Positions 47,960 through 56,087 of a DNA stretch of 64,000 nt are shown here, in pieces. The position numbers were made by a program, and so were the translations under genes. Source of the stretch: a virus. The stretch lies in the IMG/VR virus record IMGVR_UViG_3300050025_000126, positions 32,001 through 96,000 of that record; one strand, written 5' to 3'. The stretch's first letter is position 1, and every line of letters starts with the position of its first letter. The notes below the pieces were generated by a model that was given only the letters and a program-made list of their open reading frames with translations, did not search any database and was not told where the DNA came from.

Positions 47960-49063
47960 TTATTCAGTTATACCGATTAGTTTCATGTATGCGCCTAGAG
48001 ACAGTTTAGGTGATGTCAGACATTGAGCGGCTGACGCTCCGGTCTTGCGCATCTGGAAGAGAATAGAGGCGAACGGATACTTGGTAGCTTCCAGGGCGAA
48101 TTCCTTTTGGTTCTCAATATGCTTGATAGACTGATATGCCATAAATGCCGTGAAGCGACAATTAGCGTCTAGCTCGAAAATCTCGTCAAAAATCTTCCTC
48201 AATTCTGGGAAGCTATTGAGGGCCAACCCAAATTCAGAGGCTTCCCCCTTCCTAATTATTTCGCACATTCTCTTCTTGGACAAAGAGTCCTTGGCGTGGT
48301 GCAACATAACGTAGGCTGGCGACTTGATTTTAACACGGTTGAAATTGGCGTCAACTACAACGTACCCCTCGTGCTCCAAAGGATTAAGGGCTTCTGCTGC
48401 TTTGATACAATCATCAACAGAATGGAGAGGAAAGCTCTTAGGACAGGGGGTGTTGAGCTTATGTCCTAGCCCCAGCATATTGGGAGTTAGCTCCTGTAGA
48501 GTGGTGTTGTCCCTAGCTCCTAGTAGCCAAATTTTACAATCCTTATGGTCGACTACAACCCTATTGAAAGGTGTGGTTAGTTCAAAAATCCAGGTGTAGC
48601 TTGGGCCTAAAAATTCAATCGTTGCTTTTTGGGCTTTAACAGTCTCCCAGAATAGCTCCTTGAAGGTCTTGCCAAAGCCGTTTACTTCACCAGATGCGTC
48701 AGGGGTTCCAGATGTTGCAATGTGCCACTTGTTGTCGTAATGGTAAAGCAGAATGAGGCTTCCGTCAATTTTTTCTTGCACCTCCGCAGTAAGCCAGTCG
48801 ATGTTTGCGGCTAATGATTCGCTCTGGTTGTGGATTTTTTTAAATCCCATTGCCACAACGTTCCAATTGTCCGATTCGTCAAGTATGATTCCTCGGGCCT
48901 CTTGAACGATAGGCTCTTTGAACGGTGAGTCAATTTGATTATATTTAAAAAGACAAAGCTGCGGGTATTCACCGTGGCGCTTACAATCAATAGCAAAACG
49001 AGACTTTAGCTCTTCGATGCCATTTGGCGTTTCTCGTAAGAATTTTTGAGTTTCTAGTTCCAT
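47960..49063 (-). CDS. T4 Rnl1-like RNA ligase
   Basis: EARGIIL, EKIDGSL, FEL.TP.N..V, EGYVV, RVKIKSP.Y. Confidence 0.85.
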   Translation of the reverse strand: MELETQKFLRETPNGIEELKSRFAIDCKRHGEYPQLCLFKYNQIDSPFKEPIVQEARGIILDESDNWNVVAMGFKKIHNQSESLAANIDWLTAEVQEKIDGSLILLYHYDNKWHIATSGTPDASGEVNGFGKTFKELFWETVKAQKATIEFLGPSYTWIFELTTPFNRVVVDHKDCKIWLLGARDNTTLQELTPNMLGLGHKLNTPCPKSFPLHSVDDCIKAAEALNPLEHEGYVVVDANFNRVKIKSPAYVMLHHAKDSLSKKRMCEIIRKGEASEFGLALNSFPELRKIFDEIFELDANCRFTAFMAYQSIKHIENQKEFALEATKYPFASILFQMRKTGASAAQCLTSPKLSLGAYMKLIGITE

Positions 49064-49118
49064 GATTCTGTGATTCTTTTAATTAACGCTTCCAAATATC
49101 TTCAAAAATACAAGGGAA

Positions 49119-50102
49119 TTAAGCACTCTTTCTCAAAAGATACCCCTCGCCAATCATCTTTAGGATAACTCTGCCGCACTTGTGGTCCCATCGCTCTTTA
49201 ATGGGCCGTGCAACGAACCCCTCTCGCACGTGGTCAGCGTTCGGCAATGTCGTCTTGCCTTCGGCCAAGGACAGTAAATTTTGCGTCCAAGGGCCTCTGT
49301 ATAGCTCTGGAGCTGTATTGAGGTCTAGCTTAGATATTAGAGCCCTGAAATCGTCATAGTCTAAGTAACGCCGTGTGTTTACATACATTGCGTCAAAGCA
49401 AATAAGTTTAACGCCAGAAGTAATACCATAACGCAAGTCTTGAACCTGGCCGTAAGCCTCTCCATAAACAGCAATGTCTGGAATAGTAGCTAATTTTTCT
49501 TGCAAAAAGTAATCTGACGCCAACTTCCACCACAAATTACGTTCGTCAAACTTTTTAACGTTCTTGTGCGATCCAACCCACAACCGGTTGTTTTTAAACA
49601 GGAACCTTGAGTTTGATCCGTGTACCTTCTCGGTTAAGACCACTTCCTCACCCGTAACAAAGACCCCCTTATGCTTCCTAAGCCCCTCAATGTCAGTATA
49701 GACAGGTAGGAACCCTGGGTCAGATTCGTTTTCGGTATTCATATATTCAGCCCGGTCTAGTTCTGGCTCCCACTTTTCAATGCCGAGCACCTTTTGGACG
49801 TTTTGGCCCTCTATCCATTCTGGCAAAGCCTTGGTAAATAGCCCCATAGAAAATACACCACGAAGCTTCCTGGCCTTAATGCGTCGGTGACCACTTAGAA
49901 AGGCCCATTCAGGCGAATCTGGCACAATAGAGTCAACTGGCACATAAGTTGCAAGCTGGCCTTCTTCAAAGTCTCCTGTGCGAAAAATAACAGGATACCC
50001 TAGCTCCTTATCCCCATCAATATAGGTAATAGACAAGGTATCAGCGTTAGGGTGCTTTTCTACTGGGCCTATTTTTACGACTCTTACATTAAATTCACTC
50101 AT
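49119..50102 (-). CDS. RNA ligase, DRB0094/Rnl2-like, with N-terminal OB domain
   Basis: HPNADTL, KLRGVFSMGL, TEKVHGSN, GEAYG, REGFV, ILK.I...YL. Confidence 0.85.
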   Translation of the reverse strand: MSEFNVRVVKIGPVEKHPNADTLSITYIDGDKELGYPVIFRTGDFEEGQLATYVPVDSIVPDSPEWAFLSGHRRIKARKLRGVFSMGLFTKALPEWIEGQNVQKVLGIEKWEPELDRAEYMNTENESDPGFLPVYTDIEGLRKHKGVFVTGEEVVLTEKVHGSNSRFLFKNNRLWVGSHKNVKKFDERNLWWKLASDYFLQEKLATIPDIAVYGEAYGQVQDLRYGITSGVKLICFDAMYVNTRRYLDYDDFRALISKLDLNTAPELYRGPWTQNLLSLAEGKTTLPNADHVREGFVARPIKERWDHKCGRVILKMIGEGYLLRKSA

Positions 50103-50115
50103 ATTTATCCTTTTG

Positions 50116-50203
50116 TAGAGGTAGTAGGAGTTGAACCTACACAAACCTTGTTAGGGTCTCACGTTTATAGAACATGGGCTTTAACCAATTAAGCTATACC
50201 TCT
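50116..50203 (-). tRNA. atypical tRNA: loop TCTATAA (anticodon TAT, Ile-like; C33) with a long variable arm
   Basis: AGAGGTA/TACCTCT, GCTT/AAGC, CATGT/ACGTG, AGACC/GGTTT, GTAGG-TTCAACT-CCTAC. Confidence 0.75.
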
Positions 50204-50221
50204 GAAATAATTAAGTTTTTG

Positions 50222-50294
50222 TGACCCCAACAAGATTCGGACCCACGATTTTTCAATTATAGATTGAAAGCCTTAACCGCTTGGCCACACCTCA
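50222..50294 (-). pseudogene. chimeric pseudo-tRNA (loop TCTATAA) with an unpaired 3' acceptor strand
   Basis: Intact D and anticodon arms; T-stem almost all G-U; TGAGGTG cannot pair with TGGGGTC. Confidence 0.6.
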
Positions 50295-50298
50295 GTAT

Positions 50299-50426
50299 TG
50301 GTGCCCGATTTTTCGTCACGAGCAACGCTACCAGCACAAGCCACCTATAGACGGTGTAGAGCGTTAGACTGGTAAGGTGATCAACCGCCAAATCTACTGC
50401 CGTGCTTACCTAACTTTTCATTAAGC
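50299..50426 (-). ncRNA. 128-nt CCA-ended tRNA-like RNA
   Basis: GCTTAAT/ATCGGGC-ACCA; arms GGTAAG/CTTACC and AACGCT/AGCGTT with inner CACC-GTCTATA-GGTG. Confidence 0.4.
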
Positions 50427-50427
50427 G

Positions 50428-50501
50428 TGACGCCACCAAGACTCGAACTTGGGACCTACGGTTTAGGAAACCGTTGCTCTTTCCGGCTGAGCTATGACGC
50501 C
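50428..50501 (-). tRNA. tRNA-Arg(CCT)
   Basis: Canonical cloverleaf, ACGGT-TTCCTAA-ACCGT. Confidence 0.9.
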
Positions 50502-50563
50502 AAAATAGGAGCAGGAGACTAACCGACTGTCTTACAGCTTCCCGTATGCGAACGCATCTTGTT

Positions 50564-50594
50564 TGGCTGCCAGGGATTGAACCTGGGTTCCCGC
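50564..50594 (-). pseudogene. tRNA 3' fragment (T-arm only)
   Basis: CCAGG-TTCAATC-CCTGG-CAGCCA with no 5' half. Confidence 0.45.
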
Positions 50595-50598
50595 TTTG

Positions 50599-50672
50599 CC
50601 CCTCCCCGTAGAATCGAACTACGACCTCTGCCTTTTCAGGGCAGCGCTCTAACCAATTGAGCTAGTGGAGGG
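50599..50672 (-). tRNA. tRNA-Phe(GAA)
   Basis: CTGCC-CTGAAAA-GGCAG, canonical D and T arms; one acceptor bulge or mismatch. Confidence 0.85.
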
Positions 50673-50676
50673 AAAT

Positions 50677-50776
50677 TGGTGCGCGCCGCACTGTTGGATT
50701 ATGCTATCCTAATTGTTAAATGGTTGCAACCAATATTTACAATTATGGATCAGGATTGTCACCTGAATCTGCGCGT
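50677..50776 (-). ncRNA. 100-nt CCA-ended tRNA-like RNA
   Basis: CGCGC/GCGCG-C-ACCA; TCAGG/CCTGA arm; long central hairpin TAATTGT/ACAATTA. Confidence 0.45.
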
Positions 50777-50779
50777 TTG

Positions 50780-50920
50780 TGATATGAATAGGAGTTGCAC
50801 CCAGCCGAAGATACCTTCATCTTAAATGTACCTCTCTTCGGTTCAACTGCTTGAATCTAGCGGCGATCACTCCGCGTAGTCATTCAAGCCGTAGCAGATT
50901 CTACTCTGCCAGTTCATACC
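50780..50920 (-). ncRNA. 141-nt expanded cloverleaf tRNA-like RNA
   Basis: 8-bp acceptor GGTATGAA/TTCATATC, 6-bp D-stem GGCAGA/TCTGCT, GCTTGAAT/ATTCAAGC arm, CCGAAGA/TCTTCGG arm, TGGG-TGCAACT-CCTA. Confidence 0.6.
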
Positions 50921-50943
50921 GTTATTTTGTTTTCGATTTATGT

Positions 50944-50972
50944 ATACTAACCTATCCCCAACCCACTGTCAA
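50944..50972 (-). promoter_or_regulatory. sigma70-like promoter of the tRNA/ncRNA-RNA ligase cluster
   Basis: TTGACA-17-TAGTAT, about 24 nt upstream of the first RNA. Confidence 0.7.
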
Positions 50973-51154
50973 CTTTTATTTTCCCCAAACTAAATCTAAT
51001 TCTTCTTCAGTCAAAGGCACAAGTTCTCCGTCTACCTTCTTAAAATAATGCCCGCTGCCTTGACGCAACTTACCTGGAGAACAATCGCCGCCGTTTTTCA
51101 TAAATTCATCAATAATTCTACAAACTTGCTCGGTTTCTTCCTTAGTAGGCATGG

Positions 51155-51607
51155 CTAAGCTGTCTGCTGCCTTACGATAGCGTCTAGGTGGAATAAAATA
51201 GCTGCTACGATTTGGGTATCGTTCATTTTCTTTTCTTCTCGCCATTCTCTAATTGTCTTAGCTAGGCGTTCTTCCCTGGTCATGCCCGTATTGGCATCGA
51301 TGTGTTCGGCTCTATCGTCCAACAGCACATCAAACATGGTTTTTTGACAAGTAACACCAAGCTCTTGGCCCAAATGCTTAACGCACCACTTCTTAACTGC
51401 CTTTGTAGCCGCTTCTACATCGGCCAGCTTAGTATACCTGGAATCAGGGCTAATGCGAGCCGTAAAAATCGTTATCTTGTCTCCATTAGCTAGCCAGGTC
51501 TTAACCTTCTTGAGCATTTCTGGGATTGGCTCACCAATATGTGTAGGACCTTCCCACACATCAAAATGCGCAAGAGTCCTATCTAGGTCTACAAATCGTT
51601 CTCTCAT
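51155..51607 (-). CDS. HAD-family phosphatase (polynucleotide 3'-phosphatase-like)
   Basis: FVDLDRTLA, IFTAR, K, LLDDRA; AAGGAG SD before Met 51607. Confidence 0.8.
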   Translation of the reverse strand: MRERFVDLDRTLAHFDVWEGPTHIGEPIPEMLKKVKTWLANGDKITIFTARISPDSRYTKLADVEAATKAVKKWCVKHLGQELGVTCQKTMFDVLLDDRAEHIDANTGMTREERLAKTIREWREEKKMNDTQIVAAILFHLDAIVRQQTA

Positions 51608-51615
51608 AATGCTCC

Positions 51616-52230
51616 TTAGAATGAAACAGACAGCTGCAAGCCTGCCCCAGGTTGCGATGTAGCCCACAGCCCTGCGTTTAGAGGCCCGATAATCTTTCTT
51701 TCGGCAAAGGCTCCCACAATCAATCCTGGGACGCCTGTAATCAATCCTGAGGCGTTGTAGCCATATCCTCCCAAGACACCTACGCGCCAATTCTTAGAAT
51801 TATTGATAACAACGGTTTTGGAGTGTTCTTCGGCTCGGTAGTCGTCCAGGACCTTTTTGATGTCGGTAAGTTGGGTAGTTTTGGTTTCGTTGGTGGTATC
51901 TGTGTGTTGCTGTGTGTCTATGTGGGAGTGGTCGGTTTCGGTCTCGATTTTTGTACCATCCGGTTTAATTGTAACCAACCTTACAACATCTCTGTCAACA
52001 AACTTGGTCTTGTCCTGTACTTGTTTTAACAGTTTATCAATATCTAGCTGCTGTACCACCTGGGTGCTTTCATGGTGGACTTCAACCACCTTGTCAACCG
52101 TTACGATCTTTGTGTGTTCAGGTGTAGTATATCTACCTCCAAGAAAAGCCAAAGCAGCGACAATTACAATAAAGAACGGTCCCTTAACAAAACCCTTCCA
52201 GTCAATATTGCTCAAAGATGTAATATTCAT
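51616..52230 (-). CDS. envelope protein with N-terminal TM and C-terminal beta-strands ending in Phe
   Basis: FFIVIVAALAFLGGRY; C-terminus GAGLQLSVSF. Confidence 0.55.
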   Translation of the reverse strand: MNITSLSNIDWKGFVKGPFFIVIVAALAFLGGRYTTPEHTKIVTVDKVVEVHHESTQVVQQLDIDKLLKQVQDKTKFVDRDVVRLVTIKPDGTKIETETDHSHIDTQQHTDTTNETKTTQLTDIKKVLDDYRAEEHSKTVVINNSKNWRVGVLGGYGYNASGLITGVPGLIVGAFAERKIIGPLNAGLWATSQPGAGLQLSVSF

Positions 52231-52991
52231 TAGCTAATCTTTCTGCGGTATTCAAAAGGCTTATTTTTACCAAGGTCAAACGTTCTAGGGGAGCCAGCAC
52301 ACTCACCTACATTACAAGACGGCAGCCATTCTCCCGTAGGAACATTAAAGCACTCGTCACCAGCTCTAATTTCTTCTCCCGCCTTGAGATAATGATATTC
52401 GCTCTTAATTGGCCGTCGATACTTACCAAGGGACCTTTCATCCATTTTCTCGTGTGTCCATGTTGTAAGCGACCACTGACCGTGCCACAACAGCTCGTCC
52501 CCTAAGTTTTTCTGAATGTAATCGTCTACAGTCAGCATACGATATTGAACAACTGGCTTTTCGTTGACCGAAGCCTTAGCCTTCAATTCATTAATTTCCG
52601 CCATTGCGTTGGCTAATTGGTCTTTGAGGGTTGAGACCTCTTGCTTAAGCTCAAAAACCTGTCCGTTGAGGTAAGCTTCTGTGATTTTGTTATTCAGACT
52701 TGACAAAAAGTTATGGTCAACCTTCCTACGATAGCAGCCCTTGTCAGCCTGGAACTTTGACACAATCGCGTCAATGTTGCCATTCTTGCACTTTTCCCAG
52801 CGGCCACTGCTACAACAATTTTCAATAAAGACCTCGTCGCCTTCCTTGGTGAATTCTCCGGCTTGAAGGTAATAGTAATTCGGGTCTTCTTCTGCTACAA
52901 AGGAAGGGCTGTCCAATATAAACATTCGTGGGTCTGGAAGGCGAAGGGGCGAGTATCGATAGTAAATAGGGTCGTAGTAATGATAGTTCAT
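52230..52991 (-). CDS. multi-module protein: 3 'YRxL-GE-GDE' repeats plus a coiled coil
   Basis: YYYLQAGEFTKEGDE...YRRKV; YRMLTVDD...GDE...YRRPI; YHYLKAGEEIRAGDE...YRRKI. Confidence 0.75.
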   Translation of the reverse strand: MNYHYYDPIYYRYSPLRLPDPRMFILDSPSFVAEEDPNYYYLQAGEFTKEGDEVFIENCCSSGRWEKCKNGNIDAIVSKFQADKGCYRRKVDHNFLSSLNNKITEAYLNGQVFELKQEVSTLKDQLANAMAEINELKAKASVNEKPVVQYRMLTVDDYIQKNLGDELLWHGQWSLTTWTHEKMDERSLGKYRRPIKSEYHYLKAGEEIRAGDECFNVPTGEWLPSCNVGECAGSPRTFDLGKNKPFEYRRKIS

Positions 52992-52994
52992 GTG

Positions 52995-53567
52995 TTATTT
53001 CTTTCCTTTACGTTTCTTTGTTTGTCCAAGTATTCCATCCGCTAGCCCGTAGCCACAAGCTACGTTCGCGTCCATATAAGTCTCATTATTGCCCAAATTC
53101 TTTACCTTGTCAACCGTTAGTTCACTTTTTTCTGCTAATTTTTCGTAGTACATATTCGTCAAAAAGTTTTCTTCCTTTAACGCAACGTTTATCTTGTCCA
53201 GGGGGCCGGTGTAAGAGGCTGTACCGTCGTGTATCATAAAACGGCAATTTGGAGAAAGCAATCGAGTATCACAGGCTTGTAAAACTAACGCAGCGATAGA
53301 CATACATTGACCGTAAGCCTGGCCAATCACCTTGGAGCGCGTTAAACAAATTGCGTCATAGATTGTCCACCCAGCCGCTTCTTCCCCGCCACCGCTACTA
53401 ATTATCAATGTGATGTTGGCTTTCTTGGCTCGGTCTAACTTCCTTAAGGCTAATATTACCTGAGAAGCGGTGCTACTGTCTATATCTCCAAACAAAAAGA
53501 TTTCTCTGGCATTCTCGTCCATCGCCACAGCTACAGTTTCTAATTCGGTTGCTCCACAGTGTGCCAT
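52995..53567 (-). CDS. clpP: ClpP-like protease
   Basis: REIFLFGDI, IISSGGG, CMSIAA (Ser), FMIHD (His), TYM.A..A..YGL.D. Confidence 0.85.
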   Translation of the reverse strand: MAHCGATELETVAVAMDENAREIFLFGDIDSSTASQVILALRKLDRAKKANITLIISSGGGEEAAGWTIYDAICLTRSKVIGQAYGQCMSIAALVLQACDTRLLSPNCRFMIHDGTASYTGPLDKINVALKEENFLTNMYYEKLAEKSELTVDKVKNLGNNETYMDANVACGYGLADGILGQTKKRKGKK

Positions 53568-53575
53568 AGTACTCC

Positions 53576-55051
53576 TTACTCAATGTTAGAGATATCTGTG
53601 ATATTCCGTTCCAAATTAACCCAATAAGGCAATTCGCCTTTCAAAGACTCCCACTTTTGCCCATTCTTGCTCAATTTACCAACAGAATAATAGGGGCTAT
53701 AGGTATTGGTGTAAGTATGAAAAAAGGTCATCCCCGTATAGTAAAGCAATCCGCCGTCTAACCTGGACTTAACCGCCTTAATAAGAGTAGGACTGCCAAC
53801 AGCCCTTGAATCCGCAGAAGTAACCCCTTCGACTTTAGACATCATAATACCGGTAGTGGCCGTTTTGAACAAATTAGACGCACCGTGAAAATCTTCCATC
53901 TCGGGAACGAGTCCTTGCGACCTACCAGACTTCTTTAAGTGAGCAACGCATATCACGGGGATTTTCAGGACCTGTGCCGTCTGTCTAACTCGTTTAATAA
54001 GAGCGGATAACTCGGCTACTTCGTTTCTTGCATCCAAATCAACGAAGTGAATGTGGTCTAATACAATTAGCCTAGACTTTCCTTTTAGAGCATAGACAGC
54101 CCTATCAAAATCTTCCATATCGAAATCGGTCCTGGACCGGTAATAAGCATGGAGAGTTGAGTATTCCTCTTTGAATAGCTTGTTAGCTCTATCACGATAT
54201 GGGTCTAGTTCCTTTTTCAAGAAGTTCTGTCGCCATCGTTTATAGCTAATCATTCCGCGAGGAACGCCTTCGGGGTGGTCGTCTTTGTACCACTGCGCTA
54301 TATATCCATACTTGAGACGTCGTGCTATTTCGTTTGGTTCTGCTTCTAGGGCGAAATAGTGTACAGGAAACTTCTTTTCCCTGGCTACTTCACTTGCTAT
54401 TAGTTTAGCCATTTCGGTTTTACCAGCGCCCGAAGTAGCTCCCAATAGAATTACATCTGTAGGCAGAATCATACCTAATGAATCTTGCAAAAATGTACAA
54501 CCCGCATAAGGGACAGACCATTTGGCGTCTTCGTCTCGCTCAGCTTCCTCTTCTAAGATACTATCCGCTACAGACCTAAAGCAATCTGCCCCCATTCCAG
54601 TAACGGCATCTATCCTTTGTAGGGCGAGGGCGTTCTTTTGCCATAGTTCAAAAGCCTCGGTGTAATTACTAGAATTGAATTTTTCGTTTAATTCTTTAAT
54701 TCCTACGAATATTGTTCTTGCTTTTGCCCAATCGGCAAGTTTTTTCTCTAGTACGTCCCAGGGGTGGTGTTTCTTTGACTCGATGCATTTGGTTAATGCT
54801 CGCTGGGTGGCCCCCTTGATAAGGTCGTCTTTGATACTCTCTAAAAGCTCCTCTAGGCTATAGGGGGTTCTTTTGAAATGGTTCTTAAAGTCAACAAGTT
54901 TCTTATATGCTTCTGCTACTGGGGGTGAAGTAATCCAGGCTGCTGTAAATCCGACTTCATGCAGCATATCCCAAACACGTGGATGCTGCAATGCGTGACC
55001 TATTGCCGCTTGTTGCTGGGGTTCAGAGAGGTGAATTGGTAAATCTGACAC
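53576..55051 (-). CDS. dnaB: DnaB-like replicative helicase
   Basis: GATSGAGKT, FALE, LIVLDHIH, IPVICVAHL, GAS.L, KSR. Confidence 0.85.
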   Translation of the reverse strand: MSDLPIHLSEPQQQAAIGHALQHPRVWDMLHEVGFTAAWITSPPVAEAYKKLVDFKNHFKRTPYSLEELLESIKDDLIKGATQRALTKCIESKKHHPWDVLEKKLADWAKARTIFVGIKELNEKFNSSNYTEAFELWQKNALALQRIDAVTGMGADCFRSVADSILEEEAERDEDAKWSVPYAGCTFLQDSLGMILPTDVILLGATSGAGKTEMAKLIASEVAREKKFPVHYFALEAEPNEIARRLKYGYIAQWYKDDHPEGVPRGMISYKRWRQNFLKKELDPYRDRANKLFKEEYSTLHAYYRSRTDFDMEDFDRAVYALKGKSRLIVLDHIHFVDLDARNEVAELSALIKRVRQTAQVLKIPVICVAHLKKSGRSQGLVPEMEDFHGASNLFKTATTGIMMSKVEGVTSADSRAVGSPTLIKAVKSRLDGGLLYYTGMTFFHTYTNTYSPYYSVGKLSKNGQKWESLKGELPYWVNLERNITDISNIE

Positions 55052-55076
55052 TTCAAACCATTCTACGCCTTAGGCG

Positions 55077-56087
55077 TTAAAAAGTCAACGGCTTAAACCA
55101 AAGGTAAAGCTTACCTCTAACCATTCTTTCGCTACTTTGGATAGCCTTTAAAGCATCTTCCATTGAAAGCGACCCTAGGTCTACTTTCTCTTTGTCTGAT
55201 TCTGGTAGATTAACGCGATAAAGTTCTACGTCATCGCCAAGTTTGTAAAGAAGCGAGTCTAGCTCAGTAAAGGCATCCTGGTCAAGGCCTACATAGACTT
55301 TTTTTATGCCAGACCTAAGGAGAGTTGCTATGTGGGCGCTGCTGATTGATTTACCCATTGCGGCAATATTGCCTCCTGCGTAATGGGCTTTGATTGCGTC
55401 GATTGGCCCCTCGCATAAAACCGCCGATTCTACCCCTATCAATCTGTTAGCAAACATAAAAACTTTGTCCCTGGGCAAATTGGGGCTAGACCAGGTCTTA
55501 GGTTTTTCTTTTACCTCGTCATCTATCAAAAACCGGTTGGGGTCGATTGTCCTGTATTGCCAACCTAGAAGGTCCTCCCCAACATACACTGGGAAGGCCA
55601 CAGCTCGATTCTGGGGCGAGTATCTAATCTGGTAGACGTTTGCTATGTCTAAGGGGATTCCTCGCTTCTGGAGGTAAATGGCGCCGTTTTGGGAACCTGA
55701 GTCATCTATGGGTAGGCAATGGTAGGGCCATGTAAGTACAGGTGGCTTAATAACTACCTCATCTTCAATTTCCTCCCCTTCCTCCAAAAAGTCTTTCATC
55801 ACCAGCTCTACATAGCTGGCCCGTTCTTGCTCCGACCCATACAAACTCTCTTTAACTTGCTTTAGAGGCAAGTCCGTAAGCTCTATAATAGCATACTCGA
55901 CATTACCACTAAACCCCTTATCAGTAACACACTTAAAGCACCTAAACCGACCATCTGATTTTCTGATATAGAGCTTGTCCTTACCTCCACACAAAGGACA
56001 GTTAAACATAAAGGACTGGGATGTTTCTTTGAATGATAATCCCAAGTCCTTTATGTACTGCGCCAATTTATTTGGCAGCAGCTTCAT
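55077..56087 (-). CDS. DNA primase
   Basis: CPLCG...CFKC Zn finger; YL..RGI; TOPRIM LCEGPIDA...LDQDA. Confidence 0.85.
   Translation of the reverse strand: MKLLPNKLAQYIKDLGLSFKETSQSFMFNCPLCGGKDKLYIRKSDGRFRCFKCVTDKGFSGNVEYAIIELTDLPLKQVKESLYGSEQERASYVELVMKDFLEEGEEIEDEVVIKPPVLTWPYHCLPIDDSGSQNGAIYLQKRGIPLDIANVYQIRYSPQNRAVAFPVYVGEDLLGWQYRTIDPNRFLIDDEVKEKPKTWSSPNLPRDKVFMFANRLIGVESAVLCEGPIDAIKAHYAGGNIAAMGKSISSAHIATLLRSGIKKVYVGLDQDAFTELDSLLYKLGDDVELYRVNLPESDKEKVDLGSLSMEDALKAIQSSERMVRGKLYLWFKPLTF

Noticed and set aside
50116-50294. Amber-suppressor (CTA) reading of the TCTATAA loops, or a TAG-recoded genome
   Set aside because: The stems centre TAT, not CTA, in a 7-nt loop. Several genes end cleanly at TAG (e.g. 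9383, 14026, 39593) and long genes are not fragmented, so the code is standard.
50780-50920. tRNA-Sec call
   Set aside because: The TTCAA here is part of a stem, not a 7-nt anticodon loop, and the arm lengths do not fit.
3796-52991. Diversity-generating retroelement behind the hypervariable modules
   Set aside because: No reverse transcriptase and no near-identical TR/VR nucleotide pair seen in the window; similarity is only at the protein level.
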